From an uncultured Methanosarcinaceae archaeon (GTDB taxonomy: Archaea > Halobacteriota > Methanosarcinia > Methanosarcinales > Methanosarcinaceae): a stretch of 64,000 nucleotides of DNA. The DNA is taken from NCBI GenBank assembly GCA_963847185.1, contig CAWJYV010000001.1, positions 192,001 to 256,000 on the forward strand, written 5' to 3'. Each line of letters begins with the position of its first letter. Within the stretch, counting starts at the first letter, position 1. The position numbers and the translations under genes are program-made. Below, piece after piece: positions 41,081 through 50,592 of this stretch. The notes under the pieces were generated by a model, which ran no database searches, was not told the DNA's origin, and saw only the letters and a program-made list of their open reading frames with translations.

Positions 41081-41656
41081 ATGAAAGTTAGAGAGAGTGG
41101 TATGCCCAATGAAAAAAACTGGGCAGAATTCTTTGAGCCCGAAAAAATCTTGCATATTCTGGAGCTTGACCGCAAGGTAGAGGATGTTGTGGAATTTGGT
41201 TGCGGTTATGGCACTTTTACTATACCAGCAGCAAAAAAAGTAAAGGGGATAGTGCATGCTATTGACATTGAAGAAGAAATGGTAAAGAGAGTTGCTGAAA
41301 GAGCAAATGCAGAAAAATTAAACAATATAATGACGCTTCTTCTCGATTTTGTTAATGAAGGGTCTGGACTTGAAGATAAAAGTGTGGATTATGCAATGCT
41401 TTTCAACATTCTTCATGCAGAAAATCCAGAAGAAATACTGAAAGAAGCATATAGAGTCCTAAAACTAGAGGGGAAATTAGGTGTAATACACTGGAACTAT
41501 GATCCTGAAACACCTCGAGGTCCACCAATGACAATAAGGCCCAGACCAGAGCAATGCATCAAATGGGCTATTGAGAGTGGATTTAAGCTTGATAACAGGC
41601 ATGATCTGAAACCGTACCATTATGGTTTTGTCTTCTCAAAGCCTGGCAAGGAATGA
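41081..41656 (+). CDS. Class I SAM-dependent methyltransferase
   Basis: VEFGCGYG, AIDI, SVDYAML..ILH, EAYRVLK..G. Confidence 0.9.
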   Translation: MKVRESGMPNEKNWAEFFEPEKILHILELDRKVEDVVEFGCGYGTFTIPAAKKVKGIVHAIDIEEEMVKRVAERANAEKLNNIMTLLLDFVNEGSGLEDKSVDYAMLFNILHAENPEEILKEAYRVLKLEGKLGVIHWNYDPETPRGPPMTIRPRPEQCIKWAIESGFKLDNRHDLKPYHYGFVFSKPGKE

Positions 41657-41680
41657 AATAGAGTGTTTTGCGTGATTAAG

Positions 41681-42091
41681 ATGAAGTTATTGATGTTCGA
41701 TGCCAATGATTTCTGGTATAAAACGTTCAGCAAGACTGTAGAATCTGCTGATACATATGATGTGGAAGAATCAATGACAGACTCCCTCATAATTTTCATT
41801 AATGTTGAGAAAGAAGATGAGGCCCAGAAAGATAAGGTTGTCAAGAAAGCTGTTAACAATATTAGCTGGCTGGCTAAAAAAACAGATAGAAAAAAAGTAG
41901 TGCTTCATTCTTTTGGACATCTATCAGATAGTAAATCTAGTATCGAGTTCGCGGAGAATGCCATTAAAGCTATCAAAGATAAACTAACTTCGAAAGGATT
42001 CGAAACTTCAATGACACCGTTTGGATATTTTTTTGAATTCAAAATTCACGTGAAAGGCGAATCACTGGCAAAGGTCTGGAAATCGCTGTAA
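41681..42091 (+). CDS. Free-standing archaeal-type threonyl-tRNA synthetase editing-domain protein
   Basis: MKLLMF...F.Y, VEKEDE, HSFGHLS, TPFGY.....I..KG; no catalytic ThrRS domain. Confidence 0.8.
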   Translation: MKLLMFDANDFWYKTFSKTVESADTYDVEESMTDSLIIFINVEKEDEAQKDKVVKKAVNNISWLAKKTDRKKVVLHSFGHLSDSKSSIEFAENAIKAIKDKLTSKGFETSMTPFGYFFEFKIHVKGESLAKVWKSL

Positions 42092-42239
42092 TCTCACTTT
42101 CATTGTTTACTTTCAGAACTCACACACTTGAAATATGAAGTTGTGGGATGAATATTATTTGATGCAAAAATAATAAACGTCTACTGTCACTACTAACAGC
42201 TCCAGAAAATATAAAATGGTCGCACCTGAATCTAATTAA

Positions 42240-42372
42240 TAGACTTTTAGCTCGTAGTTGCCCTTATTTCAACTCCAAACGTTTGACGCCTCTTTAATAC
42301 CTGAAAGCTTGATACATATTAAAGGGCAACTACTTATCTTCTCTCTTACTTTATCCCTAGACCTTATTACTT
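42240..42372. repeat. Dispersed structured repeat, copy 2
   Basis: Perfect 11-bp IR TAGTTGCCCTT (42255-42265) / AAGGGCAACTA (42322-42332); homologous to 5121-5270. Confidence 0.65.
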
Positions 42373-42438
42373 AAAAATCAAGCCCGGAAAATGCTCTACT
42401 ATCCTCTTAGCCAAGTTTTGAGCCTATTCTTGAGTAAT

Positions 42439-42860
42439 TTATTCTTCTTCCCCTATTTTCTGCCACAAACCCAGTGAGAACGCGGTGTTTGGGTCTTCAA
42501 TAGACATCTTAACTTTTTTCTTATCTTCTTGCAGGTAGTAGTCAGACTGGATCATTAGTTGCTTGTGCTCTCCAGCTTCTTCCCTGAGCAGCTGGTTATT
42601 GCATTTTACCGCCATTTCATCGCAAGCATTTGAAACCAGGTTGTAGATCCTGTATGTCATCCTTTGCGTGAACAATTTCGTAATCTTATCATGAAAACCG
42701 TTTTCCTCCCCCTTCTCAGCATAATATTCCTCTGCACTTTTCATGACCTTATTGCAGTACCTTCCTAGAAGGAAGAATGCCTTTTATGCGTTCGAATCGC
42801 CGTCACCAAAGAATTTCTTATTTTTTGCAAAATAGTCTTCGAGCTCATCCCTAAACTCAA
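42439..42860 (-). pseudogene. Cas8b/Csh1 C-terminal (Cas11-like) domain relic
   Basis: In-frame extension upstream of the ORF gives EFRDELEDYFAKNKKFFGDGDSNA*KAFFLLGRYCNKVM...SIEDPNTAFSLGLW; internal TAA at 42784-42786; 5' end abuts a MITE. Confidence 0.5.
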
Positions 42861-42964
42861 AATCTATCCCCAAAATCTCGAATTTTGAACGATTAATCAA
42901 GTTTCTTATATATAGTTCAAAACATTTATTAATTCAAGAAGAAGCTTGGTTTTGGGATAAGCTC
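42860..42964. mobile_element. MITE with (GAG)CTATCCCAAAA-type ends
   Basis: Left CTATCCCCAAAA, right TTTTGGGATAAGCTC. Confidence 0.6.
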
Positions 42965-43072
42965 ATATACTAAAAAATTAAGAAAAATTAATGAAAAATG
43001 TACTTTCCGTTTTTCACAGTACTTCCCACCCTCTCTCAAAACATACTTCCCTAGGAACTTATCCCAAGGTCA

Positions 43073-43687
43073 TTATTGTTTATACTTGTCAGTATTGTTT
43101 ACACTTTCGTTTAATTTCGCTTCGAAATAACCGGCAGTTACCTCATCTTTATGTGCTGCGAAGGCAGCTAAGACTTCTTCTTTTTCTCGTTCTGGAACAC
43201 CGTAGTAATCGAGTGATTCTTTGAGATCTGCTGCGACCGCATCAAACTCCTCGGGTGAGATCCTCAAGTCGCGATGAGCTTCTTTGAGGCTTTTGCCTGT
43301 ATAGTTGAAAGGTCCACCTGCCACTGCGGCTACCCATAAAGTCCTCATGAATTTGAGGCCTGGCAATCTATCTAATTTATTGTTGCTCCATTCCCTCAGG
43401 GCAGGATTTTTTGAGTTTTTGCCAGCAATCGGATCGTTCACAACAGTATCGCTGAAACGATTCACTACCTTAGAAATGGCGTAGATCCCACCAAGGCGTT
43501 CATACAAAGATTTATCTTCATTCTGAGCCTTTTTCTCTTCCTTACACGTCTCGTTTACTACCTTATCTTCCGGATCATCAAGTTCTCCTCCAGAAGCATA
43601 TACTGCATTTACTGCCATAGCAGTTAGTGACACTAAAAAACAGACTGACAGTAAAATGGCTATTGACTTTTTGATTTGACTTTTCAT
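43073..43687 (-). CDS. Group I truncated hemoglobin with N-terminal signal peptide
   Basis: SLYERLGG..AI..VV..F, GGP..YTG, proximal AH.DL.IS.EEFD; leader MKSQIKKSIAILLSVCFLVSLTAMAVNA; SD-like AGGGGTG. Confidence 0.88.
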   Translation of the reverse strand: MKSQIKKSIAILLSVCFLVSLTAMAVNAVYASGGELDDPEDKVVNETCKEEKKAQNEDKSLYERLGGIYAISKVVNRFSDTVVNDPIAGKNSKNPALREWSNNKLDRLPGLKFMRTLWVAAVAGGPFNYTGKSLKEAHRDLRISPEEFDAVAADLKESLDYYGVPEREKEEVLAAFAAHKDEVTAGYFEAKLNESVNNTDKYKQ

Positions 43688-43871
43688 ATCTACACCCCTT
43701 ATTTTCCACTGTCTTTTTATGTGGCTAGTTACAGTAGCCAATTCAATAAAAAAGACTACATATGATTTCCCTAAATTGAATAAATAGAGTAATATTTATA
43801 TTGGCATATAATTTTTCACATTCTTCATAACATCAGCATGTATTCGATTAATAATAAATATAGAAAGTATA

Positions 43872-43979
43872 CTAGTACTGCGATTCCGAAGTATGTTCAT
43901 AAAACCTGACTTTTGAATCTACCCATTAATCACGAATTTCCTATTAAATAAGGAATTTATTTTGGAATCGAAGCACTAG
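43872..43979. mobile_element. MITE with IS630-like ends
   Basis: CTAGTACTGCGATTCCGAA ... TTTGGAATCGAAGCACTAG; ends match those of the IS630 at 11276-12538. Confidence 0.8.
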
Positions 43980-44063
43980 TGTCGCGTCAGCGATAAAATG
44001 TCGTATAAATTCGATTACAATCATTTAGAATTTTTCAATCCTTGGTGATCGACGCGACACTAG
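43976..44063. mobile_element. MITE with CTAGTGTCGCGTC ends, sharing a CTAG with the previous MITE
   Basis: Perfect 13-bp IR CTAGTGTCGCGTC / GACGCGACACTAG. Confidence 0.8.
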
Positions 44064-44229
44064 AAATATTGTTAAGAGATTATATCGTCCAAAATAAGAC
44101 AAACATTATCGAGAAAAGCGGTGATAAATAAACTATATATTTCTCACATATTTTGCATAGTGATAACTACATCCTCTTTTACAGCCAATTATAGGATTTC
44201 AAGTGAAATCCGCCAATTAAATTTTAGTT

Positions 44230-44362
44230 CATTTGGATTCGGTTAAGGAACAAAAAGTCAAAAAATGCTATTTTTTATACAATATCTAAGAGAATTCTCT
44301 TGGAAAATCACTATACGTGGTATTCGAAGTTGTGCATAAAATTCCTTAACCGAATCCAAATG
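44230..44362. mobile_element. MITE with CAT...ATG ends and 10-bp target duplication (IS4/ISH8-like)
   Basis: Perfect 21-bp IR CATTTGGATTCGGTTAAGGAA; flanks AATTTTAGTT (44220-44229) and AATTTTAGCT (44363-44372). Confidence 0.85.
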
Positions 44363-44465
44363 AATTTTAGCTAAATTCATTTTTTCACATATTCAAGGGC
44401 TATAATCTTTAGATCCAATTTTGAGTTTTTTATACTGATCGAGGATAGGAAACAAGAGTTTAGAC

Positions 44466-44560
44466 TTTACAAACTGGCAAGCCTATATAAAGGAAACCTG
44501 TACCCACCAAAATAACCTCGAATATTGGCTCATATTTCTCTGAGCCAAGACTTTTTCTAA
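44466..44560. repeat. Dispersed ~100-bp repeat (second copy ~48438-48540)
   Basis: Identical 25-mer CCAAAATAACCTCGAATATTGGCTC at 44507-44531 and 48480-48504, with similar flanks. Confidence 0.7.
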
Positions 44561-44604
44561 GTCAGATAAATAGAATACCCTTCAAATAAAATAGTAAATA
44601 TAAT

Positions 44605-44661
44605 GAGCTTACCCCAAAACCAATATTTTTATCCAAAAGTTCTTGATTTTCAGGATAGCTC
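44605..44661. mobile_element. Very short decayed MITE (GAGCTTACCCCAAAA-type ends)
   Basis: GAGCTTACCCCAAAA ... TTTTCAGGATAGCTC. Confidence 0.5.
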
Positions 44662-44681
44662 AAAAAGAAATTTTAATTTAA

Positions 44682-45011
44682 TTAACGCGGGATATAAAAC
44701 ATAATAAAAACACCTATAAGAGCAATTAACGCCCCTATAATTTCAAATTTGTCTGGTTTTTTCTTATCAACAATTGCTCCCCATATCAGGGATGAGACAA
44801 TAAATATTCCCCCATATGCAGCATAGACTCTGCCAAAATGAGCTGTCTGCAAGGTTGGAATGATCCCATAAATTGCCAGTATTATCGCACCCATAAGTCC
44901 AAAAAATATTCCTTTATTTTCCCTGAGCCACAACCAGACAAGATAGCCTCCTCCTATCTCAAAAAGTGCGGCAAGGAAGAACAGAGCAAGGGAAATTCCT
45001 ATTTCTATCAT
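44682..45011 (-). CDS. YnfA/UPF0060 family small membrane protein
   Basis: AALFEIGGGYLVWLWLRE, FGRVYAAYGGIFI, four TM helices. Confidence 0.92.
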   Translation of the reverse strand: MIEIGISLALFFLAALFEIGGGYLVWLWLRENKGIFFGLMGAIILAIYGIIPTLQTAHFGRVYAAYGGIFIVSSLIWGAIVDKKKPDKFEIIGALIALIGVFIMFYIPR

Positions 45012-45361
45012 ATGGATTCCTCTTTTCTAGGCCAGTAATAGATAATCGAAACGCCAATTAAGATAATTAAAGCCCCAATCAGATCATAAGTATCAGGGAG
45101 AGTTTTATCAAAAATCCAACCCCATAAAAGGGACATCACAACAAAAATGCCCCCATAGGTTGCATATATTCTATGGAAATATGAAGGTTGAAAAGTAGGC
45201 ACAATTCCATACAAAAACAAAATTATTGCTCCTGAAAACGCAAAAATCAAATTTCCACCTTCACGAAGCCATAACCATATCAGATATCCTCCTCCGATTT
45301 CAAAAATACCAGCAAGGATAAAAAGAAGAATTGTATACACAAAGCACTTTTTTCGAGACAT
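45008..45361 (-). CDS. YnfA/UPF0060 family small membrane protein (tandem paralog)
   Basis: AGIFEIGGGYLIWLWLRE, FHRIYATYGGIFV; stop overlaps the next start (ATGA). Confidence 0.9.
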   Translation of the reverse strand: MSRKKCFVYTILLFILAGIFEIGGGYLIWLWLREGGNLIFAFSGAIILFLYGIVPTFQPSYFHRIYATYGGIFVVMSLLWGWIFDKTLPDTYDLIGALIILIGVSIIYYWPRKEESI

Positions 45362-45844
45362 GCAACTGGAATCAATATTAATTTTCATATAGGTAAGGTA
45401 CTGATTATGACATATATCTCTAATTATATAATCACATGTCCATAATAAGAATGTTCTCATTTATTCTTGTTTTGCTTCGCCTCAATAGGCTCCTTCTTTA
45501 TCCATATAACCTCGAATCTTGGCTCTAATACTCGAAGCCAAAATTGTGAAAATAACTGTAATATGATTACTCTTTAAATCGTATTTTACGCTTCGAATTC
45601 ATTCTCATTCTATCAGTTCCGTTGCAATTTCAATCATCTACTCAAATAAATTGATTATTATGCTAGTATTTAAATAATAATAAATCCCTTTGAAAAAGGG
45701 GAAGTTGGGCATATGGAATACTGAATATACGCTCAATTGTAAGTTTCAAAGTGACATCTAAAAATGGAGCTTACCGAAAACTAAAATTATTATTTTGGAT
45801 TTTGTAAGACTTTGTTTTGTAGCTGGATTTCATATAATGTTACA

Positions 45845-45951
45845 CTAGTGTCTCGAAAATTTAGTTCTGAGTCCTCATAATTAAAAAAGGGACTACGGAT
45901 AAGGTATTGTCTAAGTATTAATGCCCAGTAATTAAATTGCTATGACACTAG
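45845..45951. mobile_element. MITE with CTAGTGTC...GACACTAG ends (copy 1 of 3)
   Basis: 107 bp; internal AAATTTAGTTCTGAGTCCT..TAATTAAAAAAGGGACTACG also found at 52389-52487. Confidence 0.8.
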
Positions 45952-46115
45952 GCATAGAATTATTACTTACTCTGAGTGATGCTACCATCAGTATGTCCAT
46001 TAGTAACCTATAAGGAAAAATGCCGGGATCATACTATCTTTGAAAAGTATAATCTTTTAAAATAAAAATTAAGATGCTGGACTTAAAAGCCAAGAACGGG
46101 GGAAGTGATTATACT

Positions 46116-48248
46116 ATGGACAAAAAGAAGACGATTGATGAAAAAAGCAAAGACGACCAATTAGAAATATTTCATGAAGATCCAGAACGTGAGTTTCTGA
46201 CAACAAATCAGGGAGTTAGAGTCAGTAATACCGATATCTCACTTAAGGCGGGGGAAAGGGGACCAACTTTACTTGAAGACTTTCATTTTAGAGAGAAAAT
46301 AACCCATTTTGATCACGAAAGGATTCCTGAAAGAATTGTTCATGCCCGTGGATCAGGAGCACATGGGTATTTTCAGGTCTATGAGCCTATGAAGAAATAC
46401 ACAAGTGCAAAATTCCTGCAGGATCCTGATAAGAAAACACCAGTTTTCGTGCGATTTTCTACTGTTGTAGGATTTAGAGGTTCTGCAGATACTGTCAGAG
46501 ATGTAAGGGGTTTTGCAGTCAAGTTCTATACTGAGGATGGAAACTATGATCTTGTCGGCAACAACATTCCGGTTTTTTTTATTCAGGATGCAATTAAGTT
46601 TCCCGATCTTGTCCACGCAATTAAACCCGAACAGGATAATCAGATACCACAGGCATCGGCAGCTCACGACACTTTCTGGGATTTTGTGGCCTGCCATCCT
46701 GAAAATGCACACATGATCATGTGGGTTCTTTCAGACCGTGCACTTCCTAGGAGTTATCGAATGATGCAGGGTTTTGGAGTTAACACATTCCGTTTCGTTA
46801 ATGCAGAAGGAAAGGGTAGATTTGTGAAGTTCCACTGGAAACCTGTGCTTGGCATTCACTCACTTGTCTGGGACGAAACTCAGAAAATAGCGGGAAAAGA
46901 TCCTGATTTTAACCGTCGTGATCTCTGGGAAGCAATTGAGAATGGAGACTATCCTGAATACGAATTTGGTGTGCAGATCCTTGGGGAAGAGGATGAATTT
47001 AAATTTGATTTTGATATTCTAGACCCCACAAAGATCTGGCCTGAAGAGGATATTCCGGTTAAATGGATAGGAAAAATGACGCTGAATCGTAATCCTGATA
47101 ATTTCTTTGCTGAGACCGAACAGGTTGCGTTCTGTCCTGCAAATGTGATTCCAGGAATTGATTTTTCTAATGATCCACTCCTTCAGGGACGCCTTTTCTC
47201 ATACCTCGACACACAGTTAATCCGTCTTGGGGGTCCAAACTTCCATGAGATTCCCATTAACCAGCCTCTGGCACCAATAGCCAATAATCAGAGAGAAGGG
47301 TATCACCGTACAACAATAAACAAAGGCAAAACAAGTTATTTCCCTAATACCGTAGGGGAAAACCTTCCGCGTCCAGCCTATGCAGAAGAAGGGGGATATG
47401 TTCACTATATGGAAAAGGTGGAAGGTAAAAAAATCCGAGCCCGAAGTGAAAAGTTCAAAGATTTCTTCAGTCAAGCTAAATTGTTCTGGAACAGCATGTC
47501 GGAGCCGGAAAAGAAACACATCATAGAAGCATTCCATTTTGAAGTTGGAAAAGTCAATAATAAGAGCATAAGGAAGGCAATTGTTGAGTTGTTCAATAAC
47601 GTGGACGGAGATCTTGCAGTTGAGATTGCAAAAGGGGTAGGTGTCCCCGCTCCTGAACAGAGAGGCGGGTCTCCGATAACAAAAGAGTCTCAAAATGTCA
47701 GTCAGGAGCGTTCAGAGCATACGGCGAAGAATACAATTAAGACCAGAAAGATTGCCATTCTTGCTGCAGACGGGTACGATTACAAAGACTTCAGCACTGT
47801 AATGAAGGCTTTAGAAGCTGGTGGGGCAAGAGCTCACATAATCTCAAAACACCAGGGAATGCTAAAGAGCTCAAGTGGAGAAGAAATCGAGGTTGATAAC
47901 AGCTACGTTACCACTGCATCAGTATTGTATGATGCTATATACATCCCGGGAGGTAAAGAAAACGTAGACATTTTGAAGATGCAGGGAGATGCAATCCATT
48001 TCGTTAACGAGGCATTTAGGCACTGTAAACCTCTGGGTGCTACAGGTGAAGGGATTGAATTACTTAGGGCTGCAAATCTTCCTGATATCAAATTTGCAGG
48101 GAAAAAATCCACTGACATAGTGATTTCTGACAAAGGTGTTGTAACTGCCATGAAAAGTGATAATGATTCTTTCAATGATTACTTTATTGATTCAATTGCA
48201 AAACACCGTCACTGGGATAGAGAAAAGAAGGAACAGGTTCCAGCCTGA
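46116..48248 (+). CDS. katE: Large-subunit monofunctional catalase (HPII type) with C-terminal DJ-1/PfpI-like domain
   Basis: FDHERIPERIVHARG, VRFSTV, GNNIPVFFIQDA, QGRLFSYLDTQ, C-terminal YDAIYIPGG...EAFRHCK. Confidence 0.96.
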   Translation: MDKKKTIDEKSKDDQLEIFHEDPEREFLTTNQGVRVSNTDISLKAGERGPTLLEDFHFREKITHFDHERIPERIVHARGSGAHGYFQVYEPMKKYTSAKFLQDPDKKTPVFVRFSTVVGFRGSADTVRDVRGFAVKFYTEDGNYDLVGNNIPVFFIQDAIKFPDLVHAIKPEQDNQIPQASAAHDTFWDFVACHPENAHMIMWVLSDRALPRSYRMMQGFGVNTFRFVNAEGKGRFVKFHWKPVLGIHSLVWDETQKIAGKDPDFNRRDLWEAIENGDYPEYEFGVQILGEEDEFKFDFDILDPTKIWPEEDIPVKWIGKMTLNRNPDNFFAETEQVAFCPANVIPGIDFSNDPLLQGRLFSYLDTQLIRLGGPNFHEIPINQPLAPIANNQREGYHRTTINKGKTSYFPNTVGENLPRPAYAEEGGYVHYMEKVEGKKIRARSEKFKDFFSQAKLFWNSMSEPEKKHIIEAFHFEVGKVNNKSIRKAIVELFNNVDGDLAVEIAKGVGVPAPEQRGGSPITKESQNVSQERSEHTAKNTIKTRKIAILAADGYDYKDFSTVMKALEAGGARAHIISKHQGMLKSSSGEEIEVDNSYVTTASVLYDAIYIPGGKENVDILKMQGDAIHFVNEAFRHCKPLGATGEGIELLRAANLPDIKFAGKKSTDIVISDKGVVTAMKSDNDSFNDYFIDSIAKHRHWDREKKEQVPA

Positions 48249-48994
48249 AGGTTTCTGAGAATGAATAACTCATTTTTTATTTTTAATTGTGAGAACTCGG
48301 TTAAGGGATTATTTCCTGCTTGCATACTCTTAGCCAAGAGTTATATTAATTCTAGAGCAATTTTTTCTCCTTCCCTGTTATTTTAGAAAAAGGATAATAT
48401 AGTGGCACAGGAAATAAATGTCTGATCATATTTACTTTTTTACAAGCTGGCAACGCCCACATAGACAGACATGTACCTTCCAAAATAACCTCGAATATTG
48501 GCTCTGTATTCCTCTTAACCAGAATTTTTCTTGGGTCAGGTGTAATATGATTACCTTTGGATTTCCTACCCTTAAAAGAAGGCCTATTGCCTAAGTTTTC
48601 ATTCAAGCCGGGGGATTCATATCAAGGCGTAAACTTCCTTAAAGAAGGCAATTATTTCAGACCAAAGAAATTTCAACATTCCTGAATTTAGTTATTACTT
48701 CACCATCCTCATGACTGCACGTGCGTAAATTACCTTATAATTATACGGGAGCGCCGTCCGACTCTTCCTCTTTTACTTATTTCAAAATTATATTTTCAAT
48801 TTCAGTTCCCAACTTTCTCTGTCTTCTTTATGAATTCCTTCAAAAACTCGTATTTTTGCAAATAGAAAGTAAAGAAGCTGTTTTAACTATATGCAGAGGC
48901 TTTTACTCTTTTCTACTTCGTTCATGCCGAAGTTTACCCCGGGGAAAAGTAAGGCAGTTTATCTAATTTCATGGCAATTAACTGGTTGAGCAAG

Positions 48995-49849
48995 ATGTCA
49001 GTAGATCAAATTCCAATTGGTAAGTTTTCCTTCATGACCCGCCTCTCGCAAAAAGCTCTCAGGCTCTATGACAGGAAAGGGTTGCTTGTTCCGGAAGCAA
49101 AAGACCCTTTTACTGGATACCGTTATTATACCGTTCCTCAGCTGGAAAAAGGGATGAAAATTAAAACCTTAAGCTTCTTGGGTTTCTCCCTGGAGGAGAT
49201 TTCCATGCTTCTGGATGTGGAAAGTAAGGGGGAGTACGAGCAGATGGGGGCGTGCTTCAGGAAGAAACTTGAGGAAACACGAGCCGAAGTTGGGAAACTG
49301 CAAAGGATTGAAGGCATCTTGCAGGGCGCCTGCAAACATAATGGAAAAATCGTGGAGTTATTCAAGATGTCTGTTACAGAACCCGTTATTAAAGAAATCC
49401 CTGAGATTAGAGTAGTGAGCAAACGTGAGAAAGGAACATTTGAAATAACTATTGGAAAACTCATAGGTGAGATATGTGCATGCATCAGCGGTCCTGAAAA
49501 CCAGAGGAACAGGGTAAAGGTCACAGGTCCTATTATGTTCCTGTGTCATGATGAGGAATATAAAGAAACTGATGCCGATATTGAGATTGCCCTTCCGGTT
49601 TCAGGCAGAATTTCTATAGAAGATTCAAAAATGGAGATTAAGACTATACCGGCTGCAAGAGTAGTTTCCGTCATCTATCGGGGTCCGTATCCCGGAGTTG
49701 AAGCCGGTTACAACCGGATTTTCTCATATGTCAAAGAAAATAATCTGGAAACTTTCGGCCCCAGCAGGGAACTCTACTTTAATGATCCTGCAGAGGTTCC
49801 AGAAGAAGAACTGATGACTGAGGTCCAGGTTCAGGTCAGAGAGAGGTAA
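48995..49849 (+). CDS. MerR-family regulator with GyrI-like effector domain (BmrR/BltR-like)
   Basis: IGKFS...KALRLYD..GLL.P......GYRYY, LGFSLEEI; C-terminal YRGPY...RELYFNDP. Confidence 0.92.
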   Translation: MSVDQIPIGKFSFMTRLSQKALRLYDRKGLLVPEAKDPFTGYRYYTVPQLEKGMKIKTLSFLGFSLEEISMLLDVESKGEYEQMGACFRKKLEETRAEVGKLQRIEGILQGACKHNGKIVELFKMSVTEPVIKEIPEIRVVSKREKGTFEITIGKLIGEICACISGPENQRNRVKVTGPIMFLCHDEEYKETDADIEIALPVSGRISIEDSKMEIKTIPAARVVSVIYRGPYPGVEAGYNRIFSYVKENNLETFGPSRELYFNDPAEVPEEELMTEVQVQVRER

Positions 49850-49857
49850 TTTATTCA

Positions 49858-49891
49858 TTGCTCCAGAAACCTGGAGCAGTTCTCTTTTTTT
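49858..49891 (+). terminator. Hairpin plus T-tract after merR (also a duplicate of the NAS gene 3' end)
   Basis: TGCTCCAG-AAAC-CTGGAGCA followed by GTTCTCTTTTTTT. Confidence 0.5.
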
Positions 49892-50592
49892 CTCCGAAGT
49901 ACGGATAGAATGTTATTTCTGATTTTAATATGATATAACTTCTAATGTTTTTAATTTCCAATCTCTTTAACTTCTACTGTCTATTCAAAGTATGGCTGTT
50001 AAAGCAAAAATTAGGCGATATCATCAATAATCGACTAAAATGGCAAGAAGTATTTTCATTCTTTTTCTAATTTAATAAATATATTATTAATACCAAATTT
50101 AGGGAGGAGATTATCATCTCAACCATCTGTACATATGATTATAGAATCTACTTGCCGATTTGTCCAATATACTTCGTTCAAGAACATATGAACTTTCAAC
50201 TATTATTAGATTGAGCAAATAGGCACTATTTTTGTTGATTCTTGTATAAAATGGAAAGAATTATAGGAAATTTCATTGCTCGACAGATATCTGCATCAAC
50301 TCCGCTAGATAATTTCGAACTTTTATTATTATTGACTCCTAAATTATAGTTCTCTAAGTATTATATTATCTGAAAATTAATACTTTGTTGATACAATTTG
50401 AAACAACTTTCACTGGTACATACAGTAAGGACAGAATTTACCACCGTTATACTCTCTCGGAAATTAACGTGGAAAAATAAGTTAAGTTGGACTATTATTA
50501 GTAAATTAATATTTACATAGTTCATAAATTGAGAATAATAGGAAATCTAAGTCAAATTGTATCAAATTGAGACTAAATATGGGGTCATAAAG

